This document shows positions 14,968 through 27,336 of a stretch of DNA of 64,000 nucleotides, in pieces. Made by a program: the position numbers and the translations under genes. Source of the DNA: Emiliania huxleyi CCMP1516 (lineage: Eukaryota); assembly GCF_000372725.1 (NCBI RefSeq), contig NW_005202303.1:62001-126000 (forward strand), in the 5' to 3' direction. The number at the start of each line of letters is the position of its first letter. Position 1 is the first letter of the stretch. The notes under the pieces are model-generated. The model searched no databases and was not told the origin of the DNA. It saw only the letters and a program-made list of their open reading frames with translations.

Positions 14968-17796
14968 CTACTGCTCCGTCTTGACGCGCACCGCCGGAGG
15001 CGCTGGCGGGTCCGCGTCGTCGTCGTCGCTTCCCGAACCGCCCAACTCGACCGCGTTGCTAGGGACGGCCGCCTCATCCTCCGAGTCGGCAATCTCGATC
15101 GTCTCCTCGGCGTCGCCCGTCAGGTCCTCGTTCGCGGAGACCCAAAACGCGGGGTGGTGGCGGAGGGCGCTCTCCTTGAGGTACTCCTCGTAGGCGAGGA
15201 GGTAGACGTACAGCGCCGGCCTGGCCAGCTTCTCGTCGCCGAGGTCCCGCCGCGCTCGCTTGCTGAGGTCCTCGAGGATGCGGTACAGCGAGCCGTGGCG
15301 GTTGCGGCACATGCGGCGCGGGATGGTCTTCTTGCCGCCGCGGCGGTCCATCTTGTGGCGAGGGCGCAGGTAGAACTTGTGGAGGCGGTCAAAGTCCTTC
15401 GCGTCAAAGGGGGCGCTCAGGTGCTTGTCGTAGTAGGTGAAGTAGAAGCGCACGTCGTCCATGAGGGGAGGGCGAGGCGGCAGGGAGGAGGCGGCCTCAA
15501 CCTTGACGGCAACGTCGGCAGCGGCCGCCGCCTCCTCCGCTTCTCTGGCCTGCTCTGCAGCGATGCGTCCCTCCTGCGTGTGCCCGTCTGTGGCATTGGC
15601 ACAGGTCAACTGCTGCAACTGCGCCTGACGCGCCGCCTCCGCCTCCGCCTCCGCCTCCGCCTCCGCCTCCGCCTCCCACTCCCCCGAGAGCGGCCCGCCC
15701 CCGCCCTGGCGCTCGCCCTCGCCCCCGCCCTGGCGCTCTTTCACGCTGACGCCCGTCTTGTTCGCGTACGCCTCCTCCTCCATCCTCCGTAGGTCGATGA
15801 ACCATCTGCTGCTTGCCTTGCGCAAATATTGGTGACTGCGCTCCCGGTCGTATTTCTTCCAGTGCTGCGGGAGCTCCCGATAGTCATCAAACGCGGCCAG
15901 GGCGGCCGCCCAGTCCACCCCAGCGGCGGGGTTGCACCGCGGATCGGGCGTGCCGCAGCGATACCAGCCTGCGTGGGCAGCCAGGGCGGCGGCGACGGTC
16001 ACCAACCGCCTCGGCGCGATGCTTGCGCTCTGCGTCAGCGTCCTCTTGCTCCCCGTGGTGTCACCCCTGAGCAGCGGCAGCGCCTCGAGGAGGAGCAGCA
16101 CGCGCTCTTCGGATATGAGATTGGTGTCGAGGTTGTACGGATCCGGCCCGCCGAGGCGCGTGAGCTCGTACCCGTCCGAGGGCGGGAGGCGCAGCTGCTT
16201 CGTCGCCACCTCGTCGGCAAGGGAGGCGGCTTGTTCGGTCGAGAGGCCGAGCACCCACTCGGCCAGCGGGATTGGTGCCGGCGGCGGGCCATCGGCGGCG
16301 GCGGTGGCGGCTCGGTCGGCATCGGACGCCGCGCCGTCCGGGAGGGTGCTCGCGCACTCGGTTGGCGGGGCCGGCGCCGGCGACAGGCCAGCGGCGGCGG
16401 CTCGATCGGCATCGGGCGCCGCGGCCGCGGCCCCCGCACACGCGCTCGCCGGGGTCCTTGCCATCTGCAGCGCGTCGATGAGGGGCAGCAGGGCGACCAC
16501 CGGTCTTCTACCCGTGCAAGAGCCGCCGTCGCTGAACGCCGTGACCGCGATCGATGGGGAGCAGTCGAATCGACGACGCTCTATGCGGGGTCCGGTGTAG
16601 TAGCCAAGGAGCATCGCGAGGCAGCAGGCCACGGCCCCAACCTTCTCCTCTTCCTGCACCTTCTCGTCCGGCCCGCTCGGAGCTGGACCGAGTCGGGTGT
16701 GCAGCTCGCGCACGTGCGCTTGCACACGCAGGCCCGTCGCTTGCGATGCGTGCAGCGCTCGAATCCTCCCAATCAGCTGCCGGGCGTCCTCCCGCGCGAG
16801 GGCCTTCTGGCCATCGTCGAGCGCGAGCTTCGGAGCGCTTGCGGGGGCGAGCCTGGTGAGCCCTGGGCGCGCTGGAGGCGGCGTACCGATGCCTTGTGGC
16901 CAAGCGCACGGCGGCGGCGGCGCCGACGCGAGCCTCGCCGCCAACATCGCCGCCATCTCCGCGGCTCTCCCTGCCTCTCCCAGCTGCGGCGGCTGCGGCT
17001 GCATTGGCTCGAGCGGCTCGGAGGGGATCTCGGCGGGCGCAGTAGCAACGGCAGCATTTAAGATGGCGGCGGAACCTTCTGTTTCAGTGATGGACGCGGA
17101 CTCTATCGAAGATGCCTCTCGCGGCTGCGGCGGCTGCGGCTGCATTGGCTGCGGCTGTAGCTGCGGCTGAGGCTGCGGCTGAGGCTGCGGCGGCTGCTGT
17201 GATGGCGGCTGAGGCGGCTGAGGCGGCTGAGGTGGCTGCGGTTGCAGTGGCTCCGATGTGGACAGCTGCGGCGGCCGTTCCAGGGGCGGCACTGGTCCTG
17301 CAGAGGCAGCCGCCTGGCTGCCCGCTGGAAGCGGAAACCAGATGACGAACTGGATGTTGCGGGGGGCGGCCATCACGTAGGTACAACCAACCTGTGTGCC
17401 AATCTGGCGCTTGCTGCCGCCATAGTACGGGTTCAGGTCGATGTATATCTTTCCGTCAGCGGTGAACAGGTGTCGGCTTTCGTCTGAGAGGAGCTTGTCG
17501 GCTGGGCTCGTTGGTTTGTCCATGTTTTCGATCTTCCATTGTAGTGAACCCCGTAGCCGCTGTAGCTCAGCCGCCCCGCCGACCTGGAGATGGTGTTCGC
17601 TCGAGCCAGGTCCGTTCCTCGCTCTGTCTGCAGCAGCCTGGATCTGCGAACGGAAGACATAAAGCCTTGCGTCGCCCTGAAGATCCACCAGGTCTTGGGC
17701 GTCGGAGCAGGTCTGCCCGTTCTGCCGGAGCAAACTCCATCCCGTCATCCCGGACCACACCTGCTGCGCACCTGCGCGCTCCGAGCACCTATACAA
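14968..17796 (-). CDS. Hypothetical intronless protein, up to 942 aa, with P/Q/A-rich linkers; start uncertain
   Basis: Long uninterrupted ORF with protein-like composition; no family motif recognised. Confidence 0.45.
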   Translation of the reverse strand: MYRCSERAGAQQVWSGMTGWSLLRQNGQTCSDAQDLVDLQGDARLYVFRSQIQAAADRARNGPGSSEHHLQVGGAAELQRLRGSLQWKIENMDKPTSPADKLLSDESRHLFTADGKIYIDLNPYYGGSKRQIGTQVGCTYVMAAPRNIQFVIWFPLPAGSQAAASAGPVPPLERPPQLSTSEPLQPQPPQPPQPPQPPSQQPPQPQPQPQPQLQPQPMQPQPPQPREASSIESASITETEGSAAILNAAVATAPAEIPSEPLEPMQPQPPQLGEAGRAAEMAAMLAARLASAPPPPCAWPQGIGTPPPARPGLTRLAPASAPKLALDDGQKALAREDARQLIGRIRALHASQATGLRVQAHVRELHTRLGPAPSGPDEKVQEEEKVGAVACCLAMLLGYYTGPRIERRRFDCSPSIAVTAFSDGGSCTGRRPVVALLPLIDALQMARTPASACAGAAAAAPDADRAAAAGLSPAPAPPTECASTLPDGAASDADRAATAAADGPPPAPIPLAEWVLGLSTEQAASLADEVATKQLRLPPSDGYELTRLGGPDPYNLDTNLISEERVLLLLEALPLLRGDTTGSKRTLTQSASIAPRRLVTVAAALAAHAGWYRCGTPDPRCNPAAGVDWAAALAAFDDYRELPQHWKKYDRERSHQYLRKASSRWFIDLRRMEEEAYANKTGVSVKERQGGGEGERQGGGGPLSGEWEAEAEAEAEAEAEAARQAQLQQLTCANATDGHTQEGRIAAEQAREAEEAAAAADVAVKVEAASSLPPRPPLMDDVRFYFTYYDKHLSAPFDAKDFDRLHKFYLRPRHKMDRRGGKKTIPRRMCRNRHGSLYRILEDLSKRARRDLGDEKLARPALYVYLLAYEEYLKESALRHHPAFWVSANEDLTGDAEETIEIADSEDEAAVPSNAVELGGSGSDDDDADPPAPPAVRVKTEQ

Positions 17797-18617
17797 GCAG
17801 GGTGCGTTCGCGCTCTTCGCGAAAAGAACGGCCGACGCGTTCTTCGCGTTGCGCGCCGGCGCGAGGATGACACTTTCGACGATTTTCTTTTTTCGGGAGC
17901 GGCCAAAGGGCCCCTGTCCGAGCCTGACTGTTCTTCACCTCAGATTCTTTTCAATGGTGTACGGGGTGTGGAGGGTGAGTTGACCAGGGGGTTGTGCGCC
18001 GGGCCCTCCTGCTCGGCTCCAGCCGGTATCATCAACAGAGTAGATGGATCTGACCTCGGGGCCGATGTGACCAAGCGCTGGTAGCGTGGTTTAACCTCAC
18101 ACCCATGCATGGTCTCACAGTGTGCCGGCAGTCGCCGAGCAGTGTCGCTCACACAAGCCGCAGCACAAGTGACTGAGGGCCAGTGAGGGCGAGCCCATCG
18201 CTGTCACAGCTGTGGTAGCCGCACAGTAGGCTGTGCCAACTGTGCAGAGCGTGTGAGCAGCAGAGGAGCTGCTCTCCAGGCTTCTGTCGCAAAGAGCTGC
18301 ATGCCACCGAAAGCGCTGTCGAGGTTCGCCGAGCGTGGCGCAGGTTGGAGGACACCGTCACCGACGAGCGCGTTGGACTTTTCACTCCGGACAAAGACAG
18401 TGGCACGCACCGCGCCTTAGCGGCGCGAGGCGCGGGACCGTCTGTGGCGAAGTGGGTCGCGTCCTCCGATTTCCGTCAACTCAGCATCCACACCCTCTAC
18501 CTGTGTTAGTGCCACTAATTATAGTGCCGAAAAGGGGTGCGCGCCAATGGTCCCGTGCCTAGAAGTCGTGTGTTGTGAGAGAGAGCCGCAGGCGTGGTTC
18601 GGCGTGGTCCGTGGACG

Positions 18618-18751
18618 TGCGACGGCGTATCATTCACTTTATGCCACCGTTGCATATCCGGATATGCAACCGCGGTGGTATAAAGTGAATGATACACCGT
18701 CGCAAAAAACACTGCAGGATGTGCGCAACGGTGGCATAAAGTGAATGATAC
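18618..18751. repeat. ~87-bp near-perfect palindrome plus a third copy of the arm
   Basis: gtatcattcactttatgccaccgttgc (18627-18653) is inverted at ~18666-18695 and perfectly at 18725-18751; hairpin centre gcatatccggatatgc. Confidence 0.85.
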
Positions 18752-19474
18752 ACCGTGTCCCGGCCGTCGCAGGACGGCGGCTAAATTTTCTTTTCAATCC
18801 AAAGCGACAATTCCTAAAATAAAAAAGCACGTGCGCCACACGCTTCAAGCGCAGCGGCCGCGCGGCGCAAGCGAGCGAGCGCGCGCCGCCACAGACAGAC
18901 AGATTCAGCGACACCGACCCTCACAGCTCAACCTTCTCCGAGGGCTCGTACCGCTCTCTGAACTTGGGCGAGCGGTAGCGCCTGCACGGCGCGCTCTCTC
19001 TGCGGCCCGCAGGCGCCTCGGCGCACCACGCATCGTGCATCCGCCACACCACGCTCGGCGCTGGCGGCGGCGCCCCGGCCGCCACCTCGACGCCCTCGCT
19101 CTCCCACCGGCCGCACTGCGCCTCCACCTCCACCGCCCCGTCCCCCGCCTCCCACGCGCCTCTGCCGTCGCCGCGGCACCACCAGAGGCGCATCTCCGCC
19201 GCGGCGCCGTCGGCATCGGCATCGCCCTCCTCCTCCTCCTCCTCCTCCTCCTCCGCCGCCTCCGCCTCCGCCTCCGCCTCCGCCTCCTCGCTGTCATACG
19301 CGCCACCCGGCCACGGAGAGCTCCTACTCACATCAACCAGTGAATTGACTGACGAATCCATTCATCAATTACGACTAATTACGCCGCCCGGCCGGAGAGA
19401 GCACTGCCGGCGATCTGGACGCGCCGTCGCGGCGCGCAGTTTGGCGGCAGTCTCCGCTACTCTTTGCTACTCGG

Positions 19475-20012
19475 CTACTCTCGGCTACTCTCGGCTACTC
19501 TCGGGCGCCAGTTGGGCGGCAGCGGAGGTGCGCGTTCCGCGGGGTTGATGGTGACGCGCAAGTCGCAGCCGTGCGTGTTAGGGCCGCGAAAGTCGAACTG
19601 GTGCAGCCACAAGTTTGCGGCGTACTTGAGGCCCGCGAGCGGCGGCAGTGCCTCGTGGTCTGTGCGCATGTCGGAGGCGCCGAGGTCGCCGTTCTTGACG
19701 TTTGGCCAGAGCAGAGCCTGTGCCGCGCGCCGCGCCGCGCTGAGACGGGCCGCGTGTTTCTCTTCTCTCTCGCTGTCTCTTGTTCTCAGACTCGCGGTGT
19801 TTCTTTTTCTCCGCGCCGATCGTGAGCTATCTTGTGAGCTGTGATCTGTGCGTCCAGCAGTCCGGACCCAGTGACACGGCCGGTGGCAGTGTGGCCTCGT
19901 GTCGGCTCCCGAGCCACTCGTGCGCAGCGTGTGTGTGGAGTAGTGTGTGCGCGTGGGCCCGTCCTCTGTGCTAGGGCGTGTGTAAGACTGGCTGACTGAC
20001 TGACTGGCGGCC

Positions 20013-20050
<38 letters not shown>

Positions 20051-21316
20051 CGGGCTAACTGACTGAGCCGCGCCGATCCAGCGACGGGCTCGATGGTGAT
20101 GTTCAGCTTGGGGAAGCGTGTGCCGCCGCCGCCCTCAGGCGCGCGCAGGTAGATGAAGAAGGTGAAGAGACGCACGCCCATGAGCGAGTTGGCGGCGGCG
20201 TTCTGATCGTGGAGAGGGGGGGGGGGGGGGGAGGAGGTCAGGAGAGGAGATGTGAGGCGAGGCGAGGCGAGACGAGGCGAGGCGAGGCGAGGAGAGGAGA
20301 GGAGAGGAGAAAAAAGCAGGGGACAGGAGGCGCCCTCCCCACATTCGACCACATGTTGGTCGCGGGCCTGGCCGTGCTAGAAGATCGTAATGTAATGGAA
20401 CGCGGGCGCCTGGTCGTGGTGTTGCCGGTAGAACTGCCCCGGCTCGTACTTGAGCACCTGGGACATGTCACGGACATGTCATGGACGTGTCATGGACGTG
20501 TCTTGAGCACCGTGAGGCAGCCCAGCCGGCTGAAAGTGTCTTCACCTGGTAGAACTCGGCGTTCTCCGCCGGCACGCCCGTCACGTTGACCACGCGCTCG
20601 TGCACGCGCCGTATGAGCGGGTGGCGGTAGCACGCGTCGCTCAGTCCCGGCTGACACCACGCCTGCTTCGAGGTGCGGACGGGGGAGACGACGTCGCCTG
20701 GGGGCGGAGAGGTCCGGGAAGTGTCGAGGACGCAGTCTAGGACCGGGCGGGAGAGACGGCGGCGCCTGCGGGAGGGGCGGCGCGGCGGAGGAGGGAGGGG
20801 AGGCGTCTCGGAGGTGGTTCGGAAGAGTCTCGGAAGAGTCTCGGAAGAGTCTCGGAAGGCGCCGGCGAGCGAGCGCTCAAAGTGGTCGGCGGTGGTGTCG
20901 ATGAACGCGTCCGCCTCCGCCTCGGAGATGAAGCGGTCAAAGGTCATCACCCACGGGCCGTGCGGTGGCCGCGAGTGCACTGTCGCGCGCAGCTCTGGCC
21001 GCTTTGCCGCCGCCTCGAACATCGCGTCGATGCCGCCCGTCTGCTTTGCGGCGGCGACGTGGCCGGCGCAGTGCGGGTTGACCCAGCCGCACGAGCCACA
21101 CGAATGCTGGCACTGCGAGCGCATAAAGCCCGGGTTCTTGTCGCACTCGCCCACGCCTGCCCACTCCGCACACCGCTTGTCGCTGTCGGCGCACTCTGAG
21201 GCCGGCCGCCCACCGCCTCCTCGCATAGAACCTACAGGCCTGCCGCGCGCGATGCCGAGCAGGGAATAACAGACGATACGGAGCGGCAGCTTCTCCGCGC
21301 GGCGACGGGAAGTCAT
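19475..21316 (-). CDS. Prolyl 4-hydroxylase with an N-terminal ShKT domain, multi-exon; 3' end approximate
   Basis: CADSDKRCAEWAGVGECDKNPGFMRSQCQHSCGSC (ShKT); PWVMTFDRFISEAE, VRTS, EFYQVLKYEPGQFYRQHHD, RLFTFFIYL, GGGTRFP, RTDHEALPP..GLKYAANLW. Confidence 0.9.
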
Positions 21317-22299
21317 GATGGCAGCCAGAGGCGCGGAAGTTTGGGTTTTCTTTTTACGTGTGCCAGTCCGCGAGTCCGCGCCCTTGTCGTGCCAGTGTGC
21401 TGTGAGAGAGGCTTGTGTTTTAAGAATTCTTTTTACCTCAAAATGTTTTTCTTCTTCTCTCGCTCCCTCGGAGTTTGCGGGAGAGAAAAAGAAAGGTCTT
21501 TGGTTCGGGAAAGATCATTTTCTTTCTTTAGCTTTCAGTCAGAGATGCCTCTCAATTCTGGCCATCTCGCGCCAACAAACACGCGCTCGAGGCGGACGCT
21601 AGCCGTCACAGGTGTGTGCGTGCACCGAGTCGCCCACGCACGGCCTTCCTCCCACTCTCCTGCCGCACTCGAGCTGCCGCACACTCTCCTGGCGCCGTTC
21701 AAGCCACTGCCTCGCCTCACCACATCGCGCGTGCCACCACACGGGGCCGGCGCCGCCCAGAAAAAGAATTTTGCGAGAGAAAAAGAAATTTGCGCGCCGC
21801 AGAAAAAGAGTTTTAAGCCAACTCTGGCACGGGACTGGCGCGCACTGGCACTAACACGAATTTAAGAAAACAACTCTATCACATGGCACTACAAGAGGAC
21901 AAAGAGGTTTTCAAAAATGTGCTCCTTCGGGAATGTAGGGCCCTTAGGGGCCTAGAGAACACAACCCCCAGGCTCTCCCTTTTCTCCCAGTAAGGATCCA
22001 CGGCGCGCTCGAGCACGTTTGGCACCAAGAGGCTTTGATTCTTACGACCCTCACCCGCCAAGGCAGGTGTGCGCTCTGCTAGTACTTGTGTGCTCACACC
22101 ACGACTATACACTGTGGGGGGTGCCCGAGCATGATGTATGTGCGCGTCTGTGCGTGTGTGGGACAGATTGTTGTCCTATGCGCGGGGCTTCCCGCGGGGA
22201 CCGAAGACGTAACAGCAGCGGCAGACTTACCGTGGGCCTCAGCTCTGGGCCAGAGTGCAAAGGCCAAAGCCGGCGACCTCTCACAGCGCACTCCGCGGT

Positions 22300-22492
22300 C
22301 CGAGCGCGGGCTGGGGCACCAGGCCACGAGATGCTCGAAGTGCGCTCTCCGTTCGACCAGTCGCTGGTCACCACCGTCGCGGCCGCAAAGGCCGCAGACG
22401 TGGATGTGGCGGTTGCGGCGGCGGCGGCGGCGTTCGCCGACGGCCGATGGTCGGGCCTGCAGCCCCGCCAGCGAGCTCGCGTGCTGCTCAAG
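22300..22492 (+). pseudogene. Aldehyde dehydrogenase N-terminal fragment
   Basis: EMLEVRSPFDQSLVTTVAAAKAADVDVAVAAAAAAFADGRWSGLQPRQRARVLLK, after which similarity stops; no downstream ALDH exons are seen before the next gene. Confidence 0.7.
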
Positions 22493-23005
22493 TATCCAAT
22501 CCGAATCAGGCGAGGTCTGGATCCGAAGGCACTCACCCCTACCCACGGGGGGTACCCGAATCACACTTCCCTACCCCACGGTACCCGAACCCTGGCCAGC
22601 TAAGGCAAGCTCAAAAAGAAGAAGCTCTGTTAGTGCCAGTTTCCCAGTCCCGTAGTCTTATGAAAAAAGAAAACGCGTTGACACAAGCGGCGGGGAAGGA
22701 AACGCCAGCTGAGGGACACCGAGGACAATCGCGGCGAGCAGGGAGCAGCAGATTGCCGCAATCAGGACGGCCCACATAGTAGCCCGGAGGGTGGTCGCGT
22801 GCGGGAGATTGCGGGCGTCGGAGAGAGGTAAGACGGAGTCGACGTCGCCAGTCCGCCCGCCGCGCAGAAGGCGCATCTTACGTTCTTTCTTTTCTCGCGG
22901 GAGTCGCTTAGTTCGCCGCTGTGTGTATCTCGAGACCTCGAGAGAAGGCCGCCCGCAGGCCCGACCGAGGGCCCAAGTCAAGAATTGGCTTTCTTTTGGC
23001 GGGCA

Positions 23006-23078
23006 AGTCGCTTAGGCGGCTCCCGTGGTGTACCTGTGTTAGTACCAGTGCGCGCCAGTCCCGTGCCCAGTGTCATGC
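23006..23078 (+). repeat. Dispersed repeat family (gtgttagtgccagtgcgcgccagtcccgtgcc core)
   Basis: Near-identical ~70 bp at 39687-39759; inverted core at 21826-21857; partial copies near 13437, 18498 and 22627. Confidence 0.75.
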
Positions 23079-23166
23079 GAGGGAGATATGTAAAATTCTT
23101 TTTTGACACGATTGTTAAAATAAAATCGCTTTCTCTGGGAGGCTCTACCCTGCTGGTGCGAACAAA

Positions 23167-25487
23167 ATGACCATGCCTTCTTCAGCTTCCTTCGATGCGA
23201 CCTCCTGGCTCCTCTTCCTGGCCGTTTTAGTCAACCAATCGGGCCGCGTGATGGTCCCGTCACTCAAGACCTCGGTCCTCGCCGACCCAGACTTTGGCGA
23301 GCCGTTTGCAGCCGTGGTTGGCGGCCTGCTCTCGGGCGTGTCCATCGTATGTCTGGGCGGCAAGCTGCTGGGCGCCGCCTTCACCGACCGGCTGGGTGGC
23401 TGGCTCGTCCTGGTGACCGTCTTCGTCATGTGGCTCGCGGCCACCGCCGGCGCGATCGCCGCGCCGACCGTCGACGTCTTCGGGTACATGTGGCTGCTCA
23501 ATTCGTTTGCGTACACCGTCACTTGGGGCGCGGCGGTCCAGGTCGTCGGCGCGGTGTACGGCGAGAAGGAGCGGCCCGCGCAGCTCTCCAAGGTTGCCTC
23601 CGCATCCCGCTTCGGCGCGACGCTCGGCGCTCCTCTAAGCCGAGACCGGGACGAGATCAGGATGAGATTCGCCCGAGATCATGTCTCAACTCCCGAGTCC
23701 ATCGAGTGCGGTAGGCAACCTCTTCTTCGGCCAGCTCCTCTCGGCCGGCTTCGCGTGGCGCCGCGTCATGATGCCGATGGTGCCGCTGCAGGCCGCCGCC
23801 GCCGCCGCCGCCGCCGCCGCTGCAGCAGCTGCCACTGCAGCCGCTGCAGCGGCGGCTGCTGCAGCGCGCGAGCCGCGTCAAGTCACACGGCTGCGCGTAT
23901 GCGAGCAGGCCGCGCTGCTGCTGCTCTGCACGTACAAGTACTTCACCGACAGCGGTCTCCGCGCGTCGGCCGCCGCCGCCGCCGCCGCCACCCCATCGGC
24001 GGCCACACGGAGCAAGGTCCCCTACCCCCCAGTACCCGAACCCTGCCCTCCACCTCCACCCCATCGACGGGTACGCGGAGCAAGGTCCTACCCCATCGCA
24101 CGTCCCCTTCCCCTCCCCCTCCCCGTCGCCTCCATTCACTCGCCACCCTCGCCCAGCCCCTCCCGCCCACCACCTTGCATCCTATCTCGTCCGAACCCCA
24201 CCCGCATCGCACCCTGCCCTCTCACTTTGAATGTTGTGCCGGCTCCTGCCCGCGTGTCCGGGGGTGGAGATGCGAGGGTTGCCTGGCCCTTGCCCCACCA
24301 CTTTGTGTGTGTGGAGAGTGTGTAGTCCTGCCTGCCTACCGAGTGCCATAGGCCAAGGCCGCGCCGGCGGCAGAGGAGGCTTCTTCTCCTAGCGCGCTGG
24401 CGGCGATGGCGTCGCTCGACTTTTGGCTGATGCTGCTTCCAAAGGCGATACTCGTCACGTATCGAGGTGCACTTCCTTGTCGTTCATGGCTCCTTCCTCT
24501 TGCGTGTGACAGGCGATGCTCTTCACGTACACGCAGTTCTTTATGAACTACATCCCCCAGCTGCTGCACGCGAGCTACGGCTACGACCACGGCCAGGTGG
24601 CATCCCTGTCCGCTCCTCTGTCTCTGCGCTTCTCGCTGTCTTAGTGAGCGTGAGCTCCCGGTCTCCCCAGTCCTTGTGTGTGGGTTTAAGCCACGTCCCC
24701 TGTCGCTAGTCCGTGGCATAGGGGTCAGGCCTTGCAAGCAAGGTTGCCCACTACACTGCTGCTACTAGGCGGCTTCGCTCGGCGGCGTGGCGCAGGGCGG
24801 CAGCGTGATCGGGCTCCTCGTCGTCGGAAACATGATCTACAAGGGGCTCGCGCCGGGCGGCAAGGTCAAGCTCGTCGCGCTGCTGCTCGCCGTCTGCGCT
24901 GCGGTGCCGCTCGCGCTCTCGCTCGGTCCAGAAGTGCTGCCGCGGCCCCTCGTGGTGCCTCTGGCGGTGCTGTGGGGGCTCGCGTACGCCCTCCCCTTCT
25001 ACATCCCGCCGGGCGAGTTTGCGATGCAGATCGGCGGCAAGTCAGCGACCGGCCTGTTCTCGAACCTGTTCGACGCGGCGGGGCTCGCCCGTCTCAAAAC
25101 AAGACAGGTGGCGGCGGCAACGATGCATTTGTGGTTGCGGCATTCCGTTGGTAGGCGGGCGTCGCCGCCTTCTTGGCGCTGCGTCCCGCTTTCCTTTCTG
25201 AGGCCGTCTTGCTTTTTTCTTTTTTTTAGGCGGGCTTCACCTTCTCGGCGCTGTGGAACCCGTGGGCGTCGTCGCTCGCGAAGGATGGCGACTTCCGCGT
25301 CGTGCTCCTCTCGCAGGCCTCCTAGACATTTCCGAGACACTTCCGAGACACTTCCGAGACACTTCCTAGACACTTCCGCGTCGTGCTCCTCTCGCAGGCC
25401 CTCTTCGGCGCCCTCTCCCTCGTGGCGATGCCGCTGTGCATGCACCGCCAGGCGGCGCGCGCCGCGTCCGCGAAGAAGGTGGCGTGA
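23167..25487 (+). CDS. Major facilitator superfamily transporter (GlpT/UhpC sugar-phosphate-like), multi-exon
   Basis: Multiple TM helices; GKLLGAAFTDRLGG (MFS motif A-like), WLLNSFAYTVTWGA, LDFWLMLLPK, YALPFYIP, ATGLFSNLFDAAG; stop near 25485-25487. Confidence 0.75.
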
Positions 25488-26101
25488 GCGCGCGGCAACC
25501 AAACCCAGACCATTGCGCGCCGCCGCATCGTTGCCGCGAAGGTGCGGAGTGAGAGGATTTGCGCGGCGCAGCGGGCCAGCGGCCGCCTCATTGGTTGAGC
25601 ACAAGAGTCCGAGCATCGCAAATCCGAGCATCGGTGTGCCGCTTGACCCCATGGCGATGATATTTGTCGGCCTGTGCGCAGTATCTTTCTTTTCTCTTTC
25701 TTCTGTCTTTCATCCCCGCCCTTCATGCCATGAATGGCATTCCCCCCCGATCCCCCTGCAGACGTTTCGGATATCGTTTTACTAGCGTGGGACCTGCGGC
25801 GGTACCCGTCTCTGTTGTTCGGGCAGTGAGAGACGCAGGATCTGCACGCCAAAGTGGGCCACTCCGCATTTGCATTTTGGTTTTGGGTTGTCGGAGATCA
25901 TCCATCAGACGACCCCGACACACCGACACACCACGCACAATGGGAGGCTATCGCGCACGATCGGGCATCGCGCCGCAAACAACTCGCCGCACAGATGGGG
26001 GGGAGGCAGAATCCCACACACACCGGAGCAGCACAGACACCTTACACGTCAGCGCTCGCTCGATGTGGCCGGCGCTCTCCCCTCGGTCCTATCTCGCCTT
26101 T

Positions 26102-26922
26102 TCAACGGCGGCGTGCGGCCACGCGCCGCGCCGAGCCGGTCTCGGCGGGAGACCTCGGAGCCGCACGCGATGCGGGCATGCGCGATGGCTCCGTTGGCTC
26201 CGTGCCTAAGGCAGATCGATTAGTGTGTGAGCTGGGCAGCCACCGTTTCTGTACCCGCTCGATCACGTGCAGGCCGTCGGAGGCCGCGCTGGATGGCCCA
26301 GGGCCGGCGGCGGTGAAGGCGTCCGTCGATGAAGGGATGTCGTCGAGGGAGCCATCGTCCTCCGCGGCGGCTGCACCGATCCAGTTGTCGGAGTCCGAGA
26401 TCGCAGTCGAATTGGAGACGTTCGGCCCGTTGACGAACTCACGGAATGTGAGCGACTTGGTGCACGCTGGGTCGAGCATCATGACTCGCACCTCATCCTG
26501 GGCGAGGAACTCGCCCAGGGACCAGCTGTTGGCGTCGCCGTTTTGATCGAGCTGCATCCACTGCATGGTTTCGTAGTCAAGCGTAAACGCCCAGGAGTTG
26601 GTGCCTGGGTGACTTTGCTGATGAGAGCGCCTTCCAGGCGGGTAGTCGTGCCCCTCACCTACGGTCATACGGCGGCGTCAGAGGGGGGGAAGGGGCGCGA
26701 AGCGTGAACATGGAGGCAAGCAGGTGGTCGCTGCACCTGGCCAAAGCCGGCGACCTCGAAGTTGTCGTAGCTTGTGCGGATATCGCTGAGCGTGAGAGGG
26801 ACCGGATCGGCAGCAGCATGGGCGGCCGCGTCAGCGGCCGGAGAGGCCGGAGAGCCATCCGACGGAGGCCGGTCGTGCATCGGCGCGTCAGCCGCAGGGG
26901 GCGGGGGGGCGGCGGCATCCAT
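26102..26922 (-). CDS. Hypothetical protein, at least 2 exons, divergent from eIF4A
   Basis: ATG at 26922, a candidate GT-AG intron near 26657-26736, and a coding-like second exon (NSWAFTLDYETMQWMQLDQ...). The exact junction and 3' end are uncertain. Confidence 0.4.
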
Positions 26923-27336
26923 CGCTGCGGGTCGCTGGGGGCCGACGATTGTGGACTGATCGATCGTGGCGGGCGGATTTCGGCTGGGACGTTCTACGTT
27001 AAAAGAGCGTCGGCGCGGACACGAGAGACTTATAAGGGTAGATCCCCCCCCCCTTAATCCCCCCCTCGCCTCCTTGTCCACGTCGCCCTTTTCTCAATTC
27101 ATTTCTTCTTTTCGTATTAGGGTTTTCTTTTCTTTTCTCTGGTCGATGGTCGTGTCCAGACGGGTCCAAAAAACTGTGACATTTGCCATGCTGCCCAGAC
27201 CGCCTTCCCTGCGCCCACCATCCGCCTCCCTTGCGCCCACCACTTGCCTTCCCTGCGCCCACCAGACCGCCTTCCCCACGGACACACGCTTCGCGACGCT
27301 GCCCAAACTCATCGCTCGCCCTGATCCTTGGCAGGC

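Noticed and set aside
18905..19361. Acidic low-complexity ORF
   Set aside because: Mostly GAG/GCG repeats, non-ATG start and no recognisable domain; not supportable as a gene.
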